Below are positions 43,114 through 46,538 of a DNA stretch of 46,538 nucleotides, piece after piece (the stretch's first letter is position 1; every line of letters begins with the position of its first letter). The stretch is taken from contig CAIQPO010000037.1 in assembly GCA_903873735.1 (NCBI GenBank), positions 1 to 46,538 of the forward strand, in the 5' to 3' direction. Under the pieces are notes generated by a model. The model saw nothing but the letters and a program-made list of their open reading frames with translations, was not told the DNA's origin and did no database searches. A program made the translations under genes and the position numbers. Source of the DNA: Candidatus Collierbacteria bacterium (GTDB taxonomy: Bacteria; Patescibacteriota; Microgenomatia; UBA1400; MFAQ01).

Positions 43114-44882
43114 GCTTTTACTACAGCTAAGAACGCCTCTTGGGGTAGTTGTACTCGGCCGAACTGTTTCATTCTAGCTTTACCTTTCTTTTGTTTTTCT
43201 AGAAGCTTTAAATTTCTAGTGAAGTCACCCCCGTGAAGCTTGGCATCTACATCTTTACGATATGCCTTGACGGTTTCTCGAGAAACAACCTGAGAGCCAA
43301 TCGCCACTTGGATTGGAATTTCAAACTGTTGCCTTGGTATAGCTTCCTTGAGTTTTTCAGCTATGGCTTTGGCTTTGTAGTAAGACTTTTCTTTGACAGT
43401 AATAACACTCATTGGGGAAAAGACCTCATGGTTAAGGAGCACGTCTAGTTTAACTAAGTCCGCCTCCTGCCAACCAGATATTTCATAATCTAGAGAGGCA
43501 AAACCTTGAGAGACCGACTTGAGATTGTCGTGAAGAGAGGTAATGACTTCAATAAGTGGTAGAAAATAGTCAACCTCGACTAGCTGATCCAGATAAGAAA
43601 CATTAATGAGCGTGCCTCGAAGATCCTGGCAGAGTTGCATCACTGAACCAACATAAGGCGAGGTAACAACGATTTTTACAGCAGCAAGCGGCTCAAAACC
43701 TTGAGAAACTTGAGCGTAGTCTGGAAAATCTGCAGGAGAGCTAAAGATTTTTTCTTCGCCAGTCCTCAATACTACTTTGTACTCAACTGAGGGCGAAACA
43801 GCAATAACTGGAAGCCCAAATTCTCTATCCAATCTTTCTCCCACCACCTCTGAATGAAGTAGCCCTAGGAATCCAACTTTTACTCCTTGTCCAAGGATGG
43901 GTGAGTTTATACCTTGAGTAGTAATGGCTGAATCATTTAGCTTGAGCTTTTCAAGAGCATCGACTAGATCGCGATATTGAGAGCCGTCGGCAGGATACAT
44001 GTCTAGATAAACATTAGGGTGTACCTTTCTAAACCCAGGGAGCGGAGTGGTATCTTTGATTTTTGAGCTTATAGATAATGTATCTCCTACCAATACTCGA
44101 CGAATGTCTTTTAAACCGGTGATGATGTAGCCCACATTACCAGCAGTGAGTTCTTTAGTGGAAGTACGTAGGGGTGAAAAAACACCAATGTCTCCTGCGA
44201 CTATTGATTGATTTGAACTCAAAAAGGTTAGATTGTTGTTTTTTTGGAGAACACCAGATACTAGCTTAACAAAGGCAATCACACCAAGATGGGTGTCGAA
44301 AACAGAGTTGAAAACAAACGCTTTAAAGTCGTTGGTCTCTATGCTGGGAGGAGGAAGCGTATTTATTATTGAATCTAAGAGACCCTTAACACCTTCTCCT
44401 GTTTTTGCTGAAACTAGAAGGGGGTCTTGGTCAAGATGAAGAAGCTGTCTTACTTGTCTGATGGCGGCGGGGGTATCAGCGAGAGGGGCATCTACTTTGT
44501 TGATGACTGGGATGATTTTTAGACCGAGATTCTTGGCAAGTCTTAGGTTGGCAACGGTTTGAGCCTGAACTCCCTTGGTGGCATCGACTAGCAAAACGGC
44601 TCCTTCACAAGCCTGGAGAGCTCTCTCAACTTCATAGTTGAAGTCCACATGCCCTGGAGTATCGATGAGATTTAGTGTGTAACCTTGATAAAACATAGTT
44701 ACCGGAGCAAGTTTGATGGTTATACCCCTTTCTCTCTCGATGGGGTTGCTGTCAAGAAGTTGGGGGACAATTTTGTCTGCATCAACAGTACCAGTAACCT
44801 CTAGCATTCTATCTGCCAAGGTAGATTTACCAGCATCGATGTGAGCAATAATAGAAAAATTCCTAATTTTGGGATCTGACAT
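43110..44882 (-). CDS. lepA: Elongation factor 4 (LepA)
   Basis: 590-aa ORF with [26 protein letters not shown] and NKVD motifs and the LepA-specific C-terminal region. Confidence 0.97.
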   Translation of the reverse strand: MSDPKIRNFSIIAHIDAGKSTLADRMLEVTGTVDADKIVPQLLDSNPIERERGITIKLAPVTMFYQGYTLNLIDTPGHVDFNYEVERALQACEGAVLLVDATKGVQAQTVANLRLAKNLGLKIIPVINKVDAPLADTPAAIRQVRQLLHLDQDPLLVSAKTGEGVKGLLDSIINTLPPPSIETNDFKAFVFNSVFDTHLGVIAFVKLVSGVLQKNNNLTFLSSNQSIVAGDIGVFSPLRTSTKELTAGNVGYIITGLKDIRRVLVGDTLSISSKIKDTTPLPGFRKVHPNVYLDMYPADGSQYRDLVDALEKLKLNDSAITTQGINSPILGQGVKVGFLGLLHSEVVGERLDREFGLPVIAVSPSVEYKVVLRTGEEKIFSSPADFPDYAQVSQGFEPLAAVKIVVTSPYVGSVMQLCQDLRGTLINVSYLDQLVEVDYFLPLIEVITSLHDNLKSVSQGFASLDYEISGWQEADLVKLDVLLNHEVFSPMSVITVKEKSYYKAKAIAEKLKEAIPRQQFEIPIQVAIGSQVVSRETVKAYRKDVDAKLHGGDFTRNLKLLEKQKKGKARMKQFGRVQLPQEAFLAVVKA

Positions 44883-44885
44883 AGT

Positions 44886-46532
44886 TTAGCTGTTTCCTGG
44901 GGTTTCAATAACCTCATCAGAGCTGACCAGTATTTTACGCCAGTTTCCAAGTTTTTTGGCAATTTGAATGACTTCTTGTAGTTCTTCGATTTTTAGTAGC
45001 CAGCAGAAGAAGAGATAAACGGAAAATCCAATACCACTAACCGTGAGGGTGAGAAGAATTAAGGGTATGGTTCTGGTGGTATCAAAAACAAGCTGATCCA
45101 AAAGACGCATCGGGATCCACAAAGAAAAAGCAGTAAAGGCTGAAGCAGTGATCATTTTATAGATTCGGTTGGAAATTCTTAAAGGTCCAACTCTATTTCT
45201 TACTACCCAATAGAGAAGAAGAAAATCAACTATGTCGGATACTGCCATGGCGGCAGTAATACTGGCCACATCTTTGACAATGAAGAATCCAAATACATAA
45301 GAAAGGGTGACGAAAACTAGGGTAGAAAACAAACCGATAATGAGTGGTGTCTTGGTGTCTTTGACAGCATGAAGGGCTCTGGTGAGAGAGTGATTAACAG
45401 CCTGAGGGGCAATGGCTATAGCTAAAAAGGCTAGTGCTCTGCCAGTGCGGAGTGTGGCTTCCCAGGGAAATGACCTAGCACCAAATGCGATACGAACCAG
45501 AGGTACACGAAGCACAAGAATTAGAATACTGGCAGGTAGAGCAAAAAAGAAAACTTGTAGGATTGCTTTTGAAAGTATAAGTCTGAACCTTTCTTTGTCG
45601 TCCTTGGTGGCTTCTGACGCTAGTGCGGGGAAAGATGCTTGACTTAAGGAGACACCGAACAGGGAGATTGGTAGAACATATAGCTGCCTCGCAAAATTGA
45701 AAATTGCCAGCGACCCTGCAGCCAGAAGTGAAGTGAAGTTTACAGCCACATAACGCTGGATTTGATCTAAACCAAGAGCTAGTGTTCTTGGCGGCATCAG
45801 TTTTATCATGCTAATAACTCCTGGATGTTTGGGGTCGAAATTGAATTTTGGTCTGAAACCTAGCGCTAGCGCAGCTGGAATTTGCGACAAAACATGAAGT
45901 AAGGATCCAAAGACGACTCCAACCGCTGCAGAATAAATACCAATAAACGGTGAAAGAATCCAGATACCGATGATGGTTCCTAGGTTGTAAAGAAGTGGAG
46001 CGATGGCTGGAATTAAAAATCTTTGTTTTGATTGAAGAATGCCAGTAAGGAATGCGGAAAAGGTAAAGAGCATTTGCGCAATACACATGAGTCGCAGTAG
46101 ATTAGCCATTAAGTCCAGTTTGTCAGCGGAGTAATGAGCGATGGTGCCAGATAGTGGTCTGGCAAAAATTGCGATTAGTAAGGTGATGAAAAAGAAGATT
46201 ACGCCGATGATAGTCATGGCGGCGTTGGCTAGATCGTCTCCGTCTTTGGAAGATTTTTCCGAATATTCTTGATAGATGGGAATGAATGTGGCACTTACAG
46301 CACCGACGACTAATAGTTGGAAAATAGTGTCTGGAATTACAAAGGCTGCGAAATACACATCCAAATCTGCTTCTAGACCACCAAAAAACCTACTGGCCAA
46401 AAGATGGTTGCGGACAAGCCCGAGTAGAGCTGAAGCAAGATACGAAATGCCAATTACTGCTGCCGCAGAAAGTATGCTATTGCTCTTGCGCGTAAAAAAT
46501 TCCTGGGATACATTAATTAACTTATTTACCAC
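44886..46532 (-). CDS. murJ: Lipid II flippase MurJ (MviN family)
   Basis: 548-aa polytopic membrane ORF with a MurJ-like N-terminus (SAAAVIGISYLASALLGLVRNHLLASRFFG). The GTG start at 46532 is tentative because the frame stays open to the window edge. Confidence 0.88.
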   Translation of the reverse strand: MVNKLINVSQEFFTRKSNSILSAAAVIGISYLASALLGLVRNHLLASRFFGGLEADLDVYFAAFVIPDTIFQLLVVGAVSATFIPIYQEYSEKSSKDGDDLANAAMTIIGVIFFFITLLIAIFARPLSGTIAHYSADKLDLMANLLRLMCIAQMLFTFSAFLTGILQSKQRFLIPAIAPLLYNLGTIIGIWILSPFIGIYSAAVGVVFGSLLHVLSQIPAALALGFRPKFNFDPKHPGVISMIKLMPPRTLALGLDQIQRYVAVNFTSLLAAGSLAIFNFARQLYVLPISLFGVSLSQASFPALASEATKDDKERFRLILSKAILQVFFFALPASILILVLRVPLVRIAFGARSFPWEATLRTGRALAFLAIAIAPQAVNHSLTRALHAVKDTKTPLIIGLFSTLVFVTLSYVFGFFIVKDVASITAAMAVSDIVDFLLLYWVVRNRVGPLRISNRIYKMITASAFTAFSLWIPMRLLDQLVFDTTRTIPLILLTLTVSGIGFSVYLFFCWLLKIEELQEVIQIAKKLGNWRKILVSSDEVIETPGNS

Positions 46533-46538
46533 TCGAGA

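Noticed and set aside
1-46538. Alternative genetic code (UGA recoding), as seen in some candidate phyla
   Set aside because: All long genes are intact under the standard code. Trp is encoded by TGG, and rpoC terminates with TGA at 8150-8152. Most stops are TAA or TAG, but this is only a bias.
1-46538. CRISPR arrays, tRNA/rRNA genes, transposases/integrases, prophage or known defence-system genes
   Set aside because: I saw no repeat-spacer periodicity, no tRNA-like cloverleaf sequence in any intergenic gap (the largest is 232 bp) and no recombinase-like ORF. Only the housekeeping and accessory genes listed are present.

Overview
This 46.5-kb window is almost entirely a co-directional, minus-strand block of core housekeeping genes from a streamlined, moderately AT-rich bacterium. 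Many proteins are trimmed to their minimal domains and host genes lack Shine-Dalgarno motifs. I infer a CPR/Patescibacteria-like origin from this, but that is not proven. Gene order in the transcription direction (right to left) is: murJ, lepA, [+ strand glycoside hydrolase], hrcA-grpE-dnaK-dnaJ, nusA-infB, DHH-like, rpsO-pnp, Lon-like AAA+ protein, [+ strand ATP-grasp], RNase J, ftsK, RodZ-like, DUF948/YtxH-like pair, alaS, FtsA-like membrane protein, sortase, ruvX, small Zn-ribbon protein, mltG, rpoB-rpoC, rpsL-rpsG-fusA-tuf, rpsJ-rplC-rplD-rplW-rplB-rpsS-rplV. I found no rRNA, tRNA, CRISPR array, transposase, integrase or recognisable defence system. The most unusual signal is four small ORFs at three loci (6.7-7.2 kb, 21.9-22.9 kb, 33.4-34.0 kb). 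Each sits in its own promoter / strong-SD / hairpin-terminator cassette, wedged into otherwise conserved operons. They encode a lipoprotein, a 61-aa two-TM peptide, a ~177-aa zinc-ribbon protein and a membrane-anchored 144-aa exoprotein. Their GGAGG ribosome-binding sites, and for three of them a C/G-ending codon bias, differ from every host gene in the window. Secondary points are several domain-minimised or degenerate proteins: AlaS without C-Ala, Lon without a protease domain, DnaJ without a Zn finger, a short HrcA, a core-only IF2, a DHH-like protein without DHH, and an FtsA-like fold without ATP motifs fused to a large ectodomain next to a sortase. There are also several leader or intercistronic hairpins that look like attenuators. 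All functional calls come from motif recognition by eye. No database search was run.
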